NCBI GenBank assembly: GCA_013239625.1 | Contig: MU054187.1 | Location: forward strand, 8,466,358-8,530,357 | Origin: Lama guanicoe | Lineage: Eukaryota | Reading direction: 5' to 3' | Length of the DNA: 64,000 nucleotides | Shown here: positions 1-11,165 of the stretch, piece after piece | How positions within the stretch are numbered: the first letter of the stretch is position 1 | How the letters are laid out: each line of letters begins with the position of its first letter | Notes under the pieces: model-generated | The model's database searches: none | What the model saw: the letters and a program-made list of their open reading frames with translations, nothing else | Told to the model about the DNA's origin: nothing | Made by a program: the position numbers and the translations under genes

Positions 1-53
1 AACATTAACCCAGGACTTACTATGCTACGTACTTCATTACTTGACCAAAATAC

Positions 54-55
<2 letters not shown>

Positions 56-89
<34 letters not shown>
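56..89. repeat. (CA)n microsatellite
   Basis: About 16 perfect CA units. Confidence 0.97.
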
Positions 90-91
<2 letters not shown>

Positions 92-185
92 GCGGTCCTC
101 ACTTTGCACAACAGTTCAGAACCATAAAGATAACTATCTAAGCCAAAATTGTACAAAATGACCTGAACAATCAATAGAAAAAACA
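88..185. mobile_element. Tigger-type (TcMar) DNA transposon end fragment
   Basis: GGCGGTCCTCACTTTGCAC...ACCATAAAGA...AATCAATAGAAAA resembles Tigger terminal sequence (from memory). Confidence 0.4.
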
Positions 186-1680
186 TTCTGAACAGACAAA
201 GCAAGCATCAGAACCAGACCCCAATATGACACTGACTGTGGAATTAACTACAATACAGGGAATTCAAAATGACTGTGATGACTATATCAATGGCTCTAAT
301 GGAAAAAAAAAACATACAACACTTAAGAATAGAAGCATAATATAGACAGAGAGATGAAAACTCTAGGGAAAAATCCAAAGGAAATACTAGAAATTAAAAA
401 AAAGAAAGCGTAACAAAAACAAAGAATGCTTTTGATGGGTTCATCCCTAGACTGGGCACAGCCAAGGAAAGAATCAGTCAGCTTAAAGATAGTCCAACAG
501 AACTTACCAAACCAAAATGTAAAAAGAAAAGAATGAAAAAAAAAAACCAGAATAGAGCATCCAAGAAATGTGGGACAATTTCAAAATATGTAACAAAAGC
601 ATAAGTGGAATAACAGAGGAAAAGAGAACGAAACAGAAAAATATTTGACATAAAAATAAGAATTTTCTAAATTAATGACAGACACAAAACCACATATGCA
701 GGGAGCTCAAAAAGCATCAAGCAATTATCCTGAAAAATCCACACCTAGGCATATCATATTCAAACTACAGAACACCAAAGGCAAATTCTTGGAAGAAATC
801 AGAGGAGAAACAATGCTTATCCAAAGAGGGACAAGGATGAGAATCACAGCAGACTTCTCCGCATGTGAGAAAGGAGAGACTGCACTGAAATATTCAGTGC
901 TGGAAAAAAACCTTAGAATTCTATATGACTCAAATTATCCCTCAAAAGTAAAGTAGATACAATGATTTTATCATATAAACAAAAACTGAGGGAATTTGTC
1001 ACCAGCCAACCTGCCCTGCAAAGTGTTACAAGAATTTCCTTAGGGAGGAACAAGATATAAGTGAAAAACTTGGACCTACATGAAGAAAGGAAGAGAGCTC
1101 AATGGTGAAGGACTGGAAACGTTCCCCTTAAGACAGAGAGCGAGAGAAAGACGTGCCCCTCACCACTTCCATACAACATCATGGTGGAAATCCTGGCTAC
1201 TGTGATAAGACCATGAAAGAAAACAAAAAGTATACATGTTGGGACAGTCAGAGAGGAAGGAAGAAATAAAATTCTTTATCTTCAGATGGTAAGATTTTCT
1301 ATGCACAAATCTCAGAGAATCAAACAAAAGAACCTCGGAATAAATAATCACTTACAGCAAGGTTACATGATACAAGATTAATACACAAAAGTCAATTGCT
1401 TTCCTATGTACCAGCAATGAAAACTGGAGTTTAAAATGAAAGCACAATACTATTTACAACAGCACCAAAATTTTGAAATATTTAGATATAAATCTAACCA
1501 AATAGGTACAGGATCTCTGCAGAAAACTACAAAACTTTGACAAAAGAAATTAATATTTAAATACAGTCTATGTTAAAGGAGTGGAAGACTGAGTAGTTAC
1601 ATCAGTTCTTTTCAACTTGACCTATAGATTCAACAGTCCCAATTAAAATTTCAGCAATCTATTTTGTAGATATTAACGAA
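186..1680 (+). mobile_element. Ancient L1 (L1M-type) fragment: ORF1 plus ORF2 RT region, degenerate
   Basis: ORF 675-956 has L1 ORF1 motifs (TPRHIIFKL, RITADFS, LRILY). From ~1100 the DNA matches the ORF2 AFPLR..GCPLSPLLFNIV region. Many stops and frameshifts. Confidence 0.9.
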
Positions 1681-2097
1681 AGGACAAATTAATATAAACT
1701 TTCTAAATATCTAATACTGATTTACTAAGTCCTATGTAAGGTCTATGATGATGAAAACTAGAAAATTATGTGTTCAGCTAAACTGAATTGTAATCCTGAC
1801 AAATATCTTATAACAACAGAAATTATGTTCTCTACTCTGTCAACTTAAATTTAACTTCCAAAATTTTTAGTTCACATTAAGACCCTGGACAACTATTATG
1901 CTGAGTTAATTAACAGTAATCTTTGAATATTCAGACATTTCTAAGTACAACAGAATACTGAGCCATTAGTTTCAAGCATGGTGTTAAACCATGTACTTTT
2001 CTTTTTGCTTCCTATTTTTATATTTGTGGAGTGGTTTTACCTCTGGGTTATATTAATGAATGTGTTCACATTTGCCATTTTAAGAAGGTGTAAAACA

Positions 2098-2645
2098 GAT
2101 AAACAAAACCAAAAGACAACCTACAGCCTGGGAGAAAATATTTTGCAAATAATGCAACTGACAAGAGCTTAATTTCCAAAATATACAAACAGCTCATACA
2201 ACTCAATAACAAAAAAACAAACAACTCAATCAAAAAATAGGTAGAAGGTCTAAATAGACATTTCTGCAAAAAAGACATACAGATGGCCAACATGAAAAGA
2301 TGCTCAACATTGCTAATTAGTAGAGAAACACATATCAAAACTGTAGCGAGGTATCAACTCACAGGGTCAGAATGGCCATCATTAAAAAGTCCACTAACAA
2401 CAAATGCTGGAGAAGGTGTGGAGAAAAGGGAACCCTCCTACGCTCTTGGTGGGAATGTAAATTGGTGCAGCCACTATCAAAAACAGTATGGAGATTCCTT
2501 TAAAAACTAAAAATAGAGTTGCCATATGATCCAGCAATCCCACTCCTGGGCATATATGTATAACTGAATCACTTTGCTGTACAACAGAAACTAACACAAC
2601 CTTGTAAATGAGCTATACTTTAATCTAAAAACTTTTTTAAAAAGC
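2098..2645 (+). mobile_element. L1 3' fragment (ORF2 C-terminus plus terminal 3'UTR), internally deleted
   Basis: [29 protein letters not shown]2 tail, followed by the TAACTGAATCACTTTGCTGTACA..TGTAAAT..CTATACTT 3' end. Confidence 0.92.
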
Positions 2646-3377
2646 AGGTCTGTAAATTTACTGAATCTTTTTCTTTACAACAAGTACTAAGATATCAGTG
2701 ATGACAGGGTGGAAGAGGACAAAAAGAAAATGTATTATGTCCACAGTTTGTTTTTTAAATAAATCATTGCCTCCCACCACCAAGAATTTATGAGCAAATA
2801 CCAAGTAGATCACTGTATAGTTTTCTCAGCTTCAACTTCTAACCAACCCCTGAATTATACAGCTCAGCCCAATAAAAAAGAAAAACAGAGTAAATGATAT
2901 GGTCTTTGAATATGAATACATTTCTTTTTTTTTATTTTATTATCTTGGAGCGATACATTGTTCCTTTTCATTATAAAGAAGTGGAATTTCCCTGTGAATA
3001 CACTTAGTGTATTAAAAATGTTATTAATTTCCTAACTTATTTATTTTGCAATATTCTATCTCTAACACATTCTTCTTATAAACTTAAACTTTTCCTGTTA
3101 GCATCTCCTGGAGAAATTTAATTTATCTCGTTTTACATACTAGAGAATCAATACAGCTGGAGTTTTCTCCAGTAAATTCACTCAAGGAAATAAAATTAGC
3201 AAAAGATGAGTTATGTAATAGGTAATATTAATCTCTATTAACAAAACTCTTCAGTAATAGACTGTTTTTGTTAACTAGTTTTTCTATTAAGGATGGTTAA
3301 AAATTTAGAGTATAGTTCTACATTTATTTCTGAAATTCTTTCTAAATGACGTTATACAGTTCTCTACTTGCTTGAGA

Positions 3378-3525
3378 CAGAGGGCAGTGTGGTGGTTAAA
3401 AAAAAAGCTTTGAAGACATAGAAACATAGGTTCAAAACAATGTTTCCCAGTTGTTACTTGTGGGATCCTTGGCAAATCTGAACCTCTTTAAGCCTCTGGT
3501 TCCTTACCTGTACTAAAATACAAAA
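3378..3525 (+). mobile_element. MIR SINE
   Basis: GTGGTGGTTAA..GGTTCAAA..CCTTGGCAAATC..AACCTCT..AGCCTC..TTCCTTACCTGTA core. Confidence 0.7.
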
Positions 3526-3544
3526 ACCTCTCTCGAAAGTGTGG

Positions 3545-3840
3545 TGGGTTTGGTTTCTTCTGAGGCCTCTCTCCTTGGCTTGCAGATGTGCCTCCCACCA
3601 CCACCACGGTGTCCTCACCTGGTCTTTGCTCTGTGCATCCACATGCCTGGTGTCTCTTTGTATGTCCAAACTTCTTTTCTTATGAGGACACCACTCGGAA
3701 TGGATTAAGGCCCACCCATAAGACCTCATCTAACTTTACCTCTTTAAAGGCTCTGTCTCCACATGCAATCACATTCCCAGATACTGGGTGTTAGGCCTTT
3801 AAAATATGAATTTTGGGGGGACACAATTCAGCCTGCAACA
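3545..3840 (-). mobile_element. MLT1 (MaLR) LTR fragment
   Basis: Ends in ATATGAATTTTGGGGGGACACAATTCAGCC..ACA, the reverse complement of the MLT1 5' end. Confidence 0.88.
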
Positions 3841-6800
3841 CATTCTAATATACTTCTCATTTTTATCACTTTGGAGCAGTAAATTGTCTCCTTCCATATA
3901 AAGAAATTGAATTTCCCCCTGGACACATGGTAAAAATCCAATAATAATTAGCTGTTGTTAAGTACAGTATTATGAACATTATGTAATTGTCCTTTGGTGG
4001 CCAGTATGTCATTGTGGCACATGAAGTCATCATTCTGAATATCACTCACCACAGCTATAGTTATTTCTACAGATATTCATAGGAAATACGGCCAAATGCT
4101 TAGTCATACTAGGAATGTAAGATGGAAATTGCTTTTTGGAATAAACCCCTTATACTGGCTTAAAAAATTGTAATTGGTCTCATTCTGCAAAAAGTAGATG
4201 GAAAATATAATCAGCTGAGTGTTAGAATAATGAAATACTGTCTGCATCTAATAACAGTATACATAAAACATTTAAGAAGTTTGAACCAATGAAGTTCATG
4301 TTACAGAGATCTCATAGCCATTCCATCCACACATATAACTCAATTCAAGTAAAAATCAGAGATTTAATTGAAAGATAGCTTTCAGTATTTTTCTTTCACA
4401 TACGTAGGCCTGGCAACCTAGTGGTGGACTGAATTTGCCATGATGGAATATTCCACAGGCTCCAGCCCATGCCATACTCACCGTGACACCAGGACAACAG
4501 AATACACTCGGGAGAAGCAGAGTAGGCTGCCAATGAAAGTGTTTTCATTAAATTATGGATAACTCAGATGTTTCTTTTATTTTATTAAAGAAAGACTCAA
4601 AGTCTTATGGCCCCTATATTTGACAGTAAAGGTTTGTTGGTATACGTGGTCTTGAGCCTTCTTTTAAACATATTCCACAAACCCGTGAATTGTCTTAACT
4701 TCACCCTTTTATTTCTGGTTTTCCCTGCAGCAGGATGCAAAATTTCATCCACAACCAAATAGCTCTGCTTGAGGGACTCGCCATTGCCCTAAAGTGAACC
4801 CCAGAAGAACTGTGACAGCCGATAAACTACAGATACGTATATCCTTTAACAAATAACCGGCTTTGGCTGCATTTTCATTAGGACTCTACACTACAATGAC
4901 AATAAGTTTAGGTGTAGTGATATCATGACTAAAACAAAATGTATGCATGTGTTATAACTGACTGATCATACAAATAACTATTAACTATAAACACATATGC
5001 TTTTGTAGATTTGTTGGAGAGACTCGTTAATTGCTTAATGAAAGATGTCTTTCAGATACTAATTCCTTCATTTAGTTCAACAGATTAAATTTTATATGAG
5101 AAGATATTAGCATGCATGCAATGAAGTGATAAGGACAACCGAAAAGCTTAAATGTTAATGGATAAAAGACAACGTTCAGGTTATTTTTAAAAACTAGCCA
5201 GTATAATTTTCCTTTTGTGTGCTTCCACTTGCTCTCTGCATAGACAAAAATGTCCTTTTTAATGCTCATGCAATTATTGCAATATCAAGATCATCTCTAT
5301 ATTTTTTATGAACTGTAAGTCAATTATAAAACTTTAAGCAATGTTCTAATTTGCAAAACTAGTCAGGACTTAACATTTGCAACCAAAGCAAAATCACTTT
5401 TTGTGCTATCATTTTAGGTCATTATCTAATTTTATGGAGATTTCAGATTTCTAGTTTGCAGAAAGCTTTAATATAAAGTAGCTTTACCACCGTGGAGTTA
5501 ATGTCGACAATGTTTTTGTGAGAGAAAATTGCCACTAGTACCAACAGACCTGTGTCTTCATTCCCCTCAGTCTCCTTAAACTGCAGTTCAATCTGGTATA
5601 ATCTTTTTTCCTCCCCCAGTAGGGTGCAGAGAGCCCTCTAGCCTCCAAGCCTGTTTCCTACTGAGGTACATATTGACCAGCAAACAGCTGCTCAGAACAA
5701 CTATTTGCATCGACAATGGGGTCATCCCACCACGTTCTTTTCAGATCAATATGATTGGTACAAACAATAGTTTGATTTTGATTGCTCTATAGTACGCTTG
5801 GGTAGAGTCTCTGAATGCAAGTGAATTGCTTAGAAACAATGGGCTGGTTCATCATCCAAAGCGTCCCTTTTCAAACAGCTGCCTCTGCCACACTCACCCT
5901 GACAACGTCCAGAAAAACAGATGGTTTCAGCATTCATGGGCAGTTCAGTGAAAGCCCCTGAGTCAACCATTCAATGCATGTTTTTTAATCTATCTGATAT
6001 TAAGGAGTCTTTCTCTCCACTAAAATTTTCAAATATTGCTAAATTCTCTTGCTGAATCTAAGTTGAATTGAAAGGAGAGAAGTAGGTATTCAAGAGGTAG
6101 GAACGAAATCCCTTTCTTGAGACAATATAGCTAAGATCTCTTGTTAAAATTGCAGTGTAGACCTTCGTGTATGCGATGCACAGTAATTCTGCAACACAAA
6201 AAGGTAGATTCATAATGCAGAGAAGATCTCCCAGCGTTGATCTCCCCAGCTTCTGTTGTCTATTTAAAGCATACTTTGAATGTTACTTCAAAAACAAGAC
6301 ATTCCACCCCACCCACCCCGGTTTTGTTTCACCACAAGAAAAATCAGTTTCGAGAATTGCATAGGGAGTAACACAAGAGACACTGTCATTCTTGTGTGTT
6401 ATCATCACTCAATTACATAATATATTAAAATACATTTTGTAGTCAGTTGATTGCAATGGCTGTGAAGGCTCAAGTATCAATCCTAAAGGCATTCGCATTT
6501 TGGTGCTTTAAAAGAAACAATAACCTATATTTTATATGTGTGCTATCATCCCCAAATTATTCTACTTCTGCATTTTTCTAGTAAGCATTAAGAGCAAGAA
6601 AATCTTTACCCCTTAGCCAGGAGACAAATTTTCATTTCAAAAATAAATTATTGGAAACAGGATAGCAAACAATTCAAAAAATTTTTTTTCATTACTTAAG
6701 ACATAAAATTTTGGAAGAGGTACTGTACTCAACGCTGTATACTTTTCCTAAATATCATTTGTTTATATCATAACTCTCTAAAGTTACAGAAGAGGGCTTA

Positions 6801-7084
6801 AAAGGATCTGACATACCCTTGTAATCAACTTCATTTACAAATCTACATTAAAATATACCTCCCTTTATAAAAGATTTGGTTCCTAAAATTGGAGTACAAA
6901 AGAAGTTTATAAAAATAATTCAGTTTTGTCACCAACCCTATTGTAAATTAACAGAAAACAAAATTCATTTATTCAACTACTTTTACTGATCCATAAAATA
7001 GGGATAATAATTTTAGCTCTATCATTGAGTTATTAGCTGGATTAAATTAGATAGTACTTATAGAAGCACCTAACACAGTACCTG

Positions 7085-7085
7085 G

Positions 7086-7116
<31 letters not shown>

Positions 7117-7157
7117 CATCATCATTATTATCATTATTATCACCACCATCATCATTT
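7085..7157. repeat. Compound (TTA)n/(TCA)n microsatellite at the end of a MIR-like relic
   Basis: Read directly from the sequence. Confidence 0.93.
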
Positions 7158-7834
7158 TATTTCTAGAGAAATGTAAAGAAAATATACAGTAGAAGAAAAT
7201 ATTAAGTCACCCAATGGCAAAGCAGGAAACTTGAAAATGGAAAAATTTAGGTCATGGGCTGGCCTGTGACCTTCTGTGCTTTGCTCTGGAAGAAGCAGCG
7301 CCTCCAGAACTTCAGGATCTGTGCTTGCCCCTTGTCACCAGCTGCCCTTTTGTCTGTCCTCCCAAGCATGGCCAGAGTTGGGGCAGCCACTGCCCCACAT
7401 GTCTCCTTCCTTTGCCTTCCAAGAGTGGTGCCTACTCACCATCTCTCCTTCCTCACCTCCACAGCCACCTGGGCTGCTGCACCAAACACTCCACTAAAAC
7501 TGAAACACCCAGGTGATTCCCAAGGATCCCCTAACCGCCAAATCCGGCAAGCACTTCCAAGCCCCTGTGGTACTCAACTCTGCTGCAGAATCTGAATCTG
7601 CTGACCGTCATTCATTCAACCCATTCTTTCCCTGCCCCTGTGCTGGCTCTGAAAATACAAAGAAGCGTTTATTGAGACTTTTTCTCAGCATCCCTCCCAC
7701 ATTCTCTCCTAGGATTCCCCCCTGTCTTTTCCATAGCTCTCACAGTTTACCCTTCTCCACTGTGCAGTGAAATGTAAGTGTTCTTCTGGGTCCTGCTGTC
7801 TACGCCTGCTCTTAGTCTACCAGTCTTCATTATC

Positions 7835-8340
7835 TATGTATTCATTCAACAAAACCCTTACTGAGCACTTCCTATATCCAAATTTTATTTACACTGATGA
7901 CTGCAACTAAATATGACCTCCAAACTGACATCTCACATTCCTCTAACACTGATCAGCACTCACTCTGTGCTGGGCATAGTCCTTGACGCATTCATTCGCT
8001 GATGAACAGACTAGTCTCCACCTTCAGGGAGTTCTGGGTGGTCCAGGAGAACAGTAATTACGCACAATTACAACGCTGAACGGACCGACAGAGATGAGAA
8101 AGCACAGCGGAGGGTCACCTAACTTGCACTAAGGGTGTAGACTTCAAATGTATAAAAGCAGGAGAGAGCCATCAGATTTGTGTGTTAGAAAGATCCCTCT
8201 GCCTATAATGTGAAAAATGGATTCAAAGGGGGAAGGACCGTGAGTTAGGAGGTGCTACAGTAATCCAGGTGAACGATGGAAAACTGCACTGAGGGAGAGG
8301 CAGTAAGAGACAGAAAGAAATAGATGGAATTTAGGACAAT
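7835..8340 (-). mobile_element. L2 fragments
   Basis: ATTCATTCAACAAA..TACTGAGCAC L2 3' end; TAGAAAGATCCCTCTG and GTAATCCAGGTGA motifs. Confidence 0.7.
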
Positions 8341-8361
8341 TTATTCAACAATTTGTAATAC

Positions 8362-8622
8362 TTTTTTATTTTTTATTTAAAGTATAGTCGATTTATGATG
8401 TGTTAATTTCTGGTATACAGCATAGTGATTCAGTTAAATATATTCATACATTCCTTTTCGTATTCTTTTTCATTATAGGTTATTATAAGGTACTGAATAT
8501 AGTTCCCTGTGCTATACAGTAGGACCTTGCTGTTTGTTTTATTTTATTTATAGATATATTTTATCTATTTTATATATATATATATCTCAAGAAGTTTGGG
8601 ATTTGCGGATACTTACTATTAC
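8362..8622 (-). mobile_element. 5'-truncated L1 3'UTR with short inverted segment
   Basis: Poly-T, AAGTATAGT..GTTCCCTGTGCTATACAGTAGGACCTTG on minus; then plus-oriented GAAGTTTGGGATTTGCGGATAC at ~8590-8621. Confidence 0.85.
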
Positions 8623-10246
8623 AATACTTCTTAATTGAGCCCTGAAGCTGGTTAAGAAAGAAACTTCTGGAAACAGAATAGGAGACATGCGGTCAGTGTG
8701 TTCACGTGGCTGTGTTTCTATGGCCCAAGGAGCATCACCCTGTCACAGGTTGCACAGTGGCCATTTGTAAGTGCCTGTATGTAAGTCTATCTTCTGCATC
8801 AGACCAGTAGTTTTCAATATTTTTCTACCTCCGTACTATCCATAAATGCAATCAACTTCCATCATAACACGCCTTATTGAAAGCAGTGTGGGTGGAAGGG
8901 GGAGGAGAAGAGGGAAAAGTTCAAAATCTCTAGGGGAACAGACAGAGGAAAACTGAAAAGCCTCCACTACACAGAAAGTTGCTTGACAACAGAAGAGGCA
9001 TCTTTTGAATTTTTGTTCACCAAAGACCCAGCACACTACAGAAGGGACAATACCAGGTGATCAGCGTTTCTTGAATAACGGAGTAGATGAAGAAACAAAT
9101 GTTGAAATGCTCTTAGGTTTTTAGTCATACAGTCAGTCTTTAAGGACACTCCAGAAAAAGGGAAGAGCCAGCTCTCCCCACAAACATCTGACCTTCTGTG
9201 ATCCACATTTCCCTCTTGTGGCTCTTTGATTTGGGAGCCAGGGTGGGTAGATATGCCGGGAGATGAGAGTATGGAAAGGACAGCAAAGTTTCAGGGCACA
9301 AGAGTCCTGGGGTTCCAGGGTTGACAAGATCCTCCCCTTTGTCCCCCTTTGCAGGATGAGGGACCTGAGATCTAAAGAGTTGAAGTGGCTCTCCCAGCCA
9401 CACATGGCAGCACACCAGGATCTAGAGCTACTGACCCAGATCCGAGGGGCTTTTTCTTTTCAAAACTTTACAAACAAAACCTTCTGCAAGTTTTAAGACA
9501 TCTAAATGTTGCAAATGACCCCAACTTAAGGGCACGTTTGAAGTCCAGGGAATGAATTTCATCAACTTTGCTTCCTAGGGAAAGATTAAGTGGGAAAATA
9601 AAAAAGATATTGGTTCCATCTGTTGGTTTTGTTTTATTTGCATGTTTTCCAACTCATTCCAAGTACATTAATAGCCTTAAGCAGCGTTTCATGCACTAGA
9701 TATTATGCTTCTTCCATCTGCGGACAAACGATTCTCTAAGTCTTTAGCGTGGGGGCGGAAGAGGGAACAAAACTTGTCTGGAGCGTGATCAAGGGGAAAC
9801 ATGAAGAGTCCTGGGACAGTTGTTCAGTAATTTAATACTGAGTTAGACTTGCCTCTCCTTCTGCCCTGGCTTTACTTCCGCTTCCCAGAGCCAAGCCTAA
9901 TTCCCATCTTTTGCTCTCTTTCTGGCCCCCCAACACCTACAGGATGAAAGTGATTTCTATCTTGGAGCTACTCTCCGGGCGCCATGCTGCCATTTAAACA
10001 TCGCAGATGCCCACGGTGCATCTGCACACCTCTTGCCCCTCCCTTTACAACAGGCCAGAAAACCACCCCTGTGTCACTGCAGGACATTCTTGCTATTTAA
10101 TGTCACTTCCCATCAAGTGCCTGCTACAGGGACAAGTCCCTCTCCAGGTCCCAGCTGGCTCTCTCCATATTCTTGGGCCCCTGGTTGCTCCCTGTTACCA
10201 CATTCTTAATTCTCTTCTTAAAATGTAAGCTGTTCTAAAATTTTAA

Positions 10247-10563
10247 AGTGATGTGTTTATCTATTCTGTATAGAGTAGTTTGTATCTGCTAATCCCGAAG
10301 TCCTAATTTATCCCTCCCCTCTCTTCCCCTTTGGTAATCACAAGTTTGTTTTCTATGTCTGTGAGTCTCTTTCTGTTTTGTAAATAAGTTCATTTGTGGC
10401 ACTGTATCTCACAGGGAACTATATCCAATAGCTTGTAATAACCTATAATGAAAAAGAATATATATGTATACCTGAATCATCATGCTGGACACCAGAGACT
10501 AACCTAACATTGTAAATCAACTATACTTCAATTACTAAAAAAAAAAAAAAGAGTGATGTGTTT
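10247..10563 (+). mobile_element. Twin-primed (5'-inverted) L1 3'UTR insertion with 12-bp TSD
   Basis: TSD AGTGATGTGTTT at 10247-10258 and 10552-10563. ~10259-10400 is reverse-oriented 3'UTR; 10401-10550 is sense 3' end with poly(A). Confidence 0.92.
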
Positions 10564-10564
10564 T

Positions 10565-11165
10565 CATTGAAGAAAATTTGTAACATAGAGATGAGGAAAA
10601 GAAAATAAATGTGATCTGTCATCTTATCTCTCAGAGATAACCACTGACCACTGTTGGTATTTGGCTAAATTTTCCTCATAAGCCCATATATAGAGCTGTC
10701 CTTGAAAATGGCACCATACAGCACCATAAGCCAGCTTTCTTACTTAATAATATGGTATAAACACTTGTTCATGTCAATAATATTCCTATTCAAGATATTT
10801 TTAATGGATGAATATAATTCCTTTATGGGGATACACTATAATCTATGTTAACAACACTTTGTTGCTGGTTGTCATTTAGACAATTTATGTTCATGATTAT
10901 AGTAAATGCTATAACATACAGCATGTGTGTGTGTGTGTGTGTGTATACATATATATATGCAATAACTATATATATTAATAAGTCTTTAAGCACCTCTATG
11001 ATTATTTTCTGAGGATAAATGACCAGAATTGGAATTGCTTAGTCAAATACGGCACGCACATTTTTAAGGCTCTCGATGCATAGTGGAAAATTGCCCTTCA
11101 GAAAAAATGGAAGTAGTATATACTACAACTGGCAGTATATGAGAGTGTTCACTGCTGTCCAAATC
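10565..11165 (-). mobile_element. Ancient L1 (L1ME-like) relic containing (TG)n at ~10924-10944
   Basis: CAGAGATAACCACTG, GGATAAAT..AGAATTGGAATTGCT..GTCAAA and CAGTATATGAGAGTG motifs. Confidence 0.65.

Noticed and set aside
675..956. L1 ORF1/ORF2-like ORFs (also 2283, 30838, 31151, 50668) as possible genes
   Set aside because: Short, frameshifted fragments of dead L1 copies.
1680..2095. Possible ERV-internal fragment between two L1 pieces
   Set aside because: Composition is suggestive, but I cannot assign a family or boundaries without a Dfam search.
6368..6402. Hairpin ACACAAGA..TCTTGTGT as a possible pre-miRNA
   Set aside because: Stem is only ~8-12 bp, far too short for a pre-miRNA.
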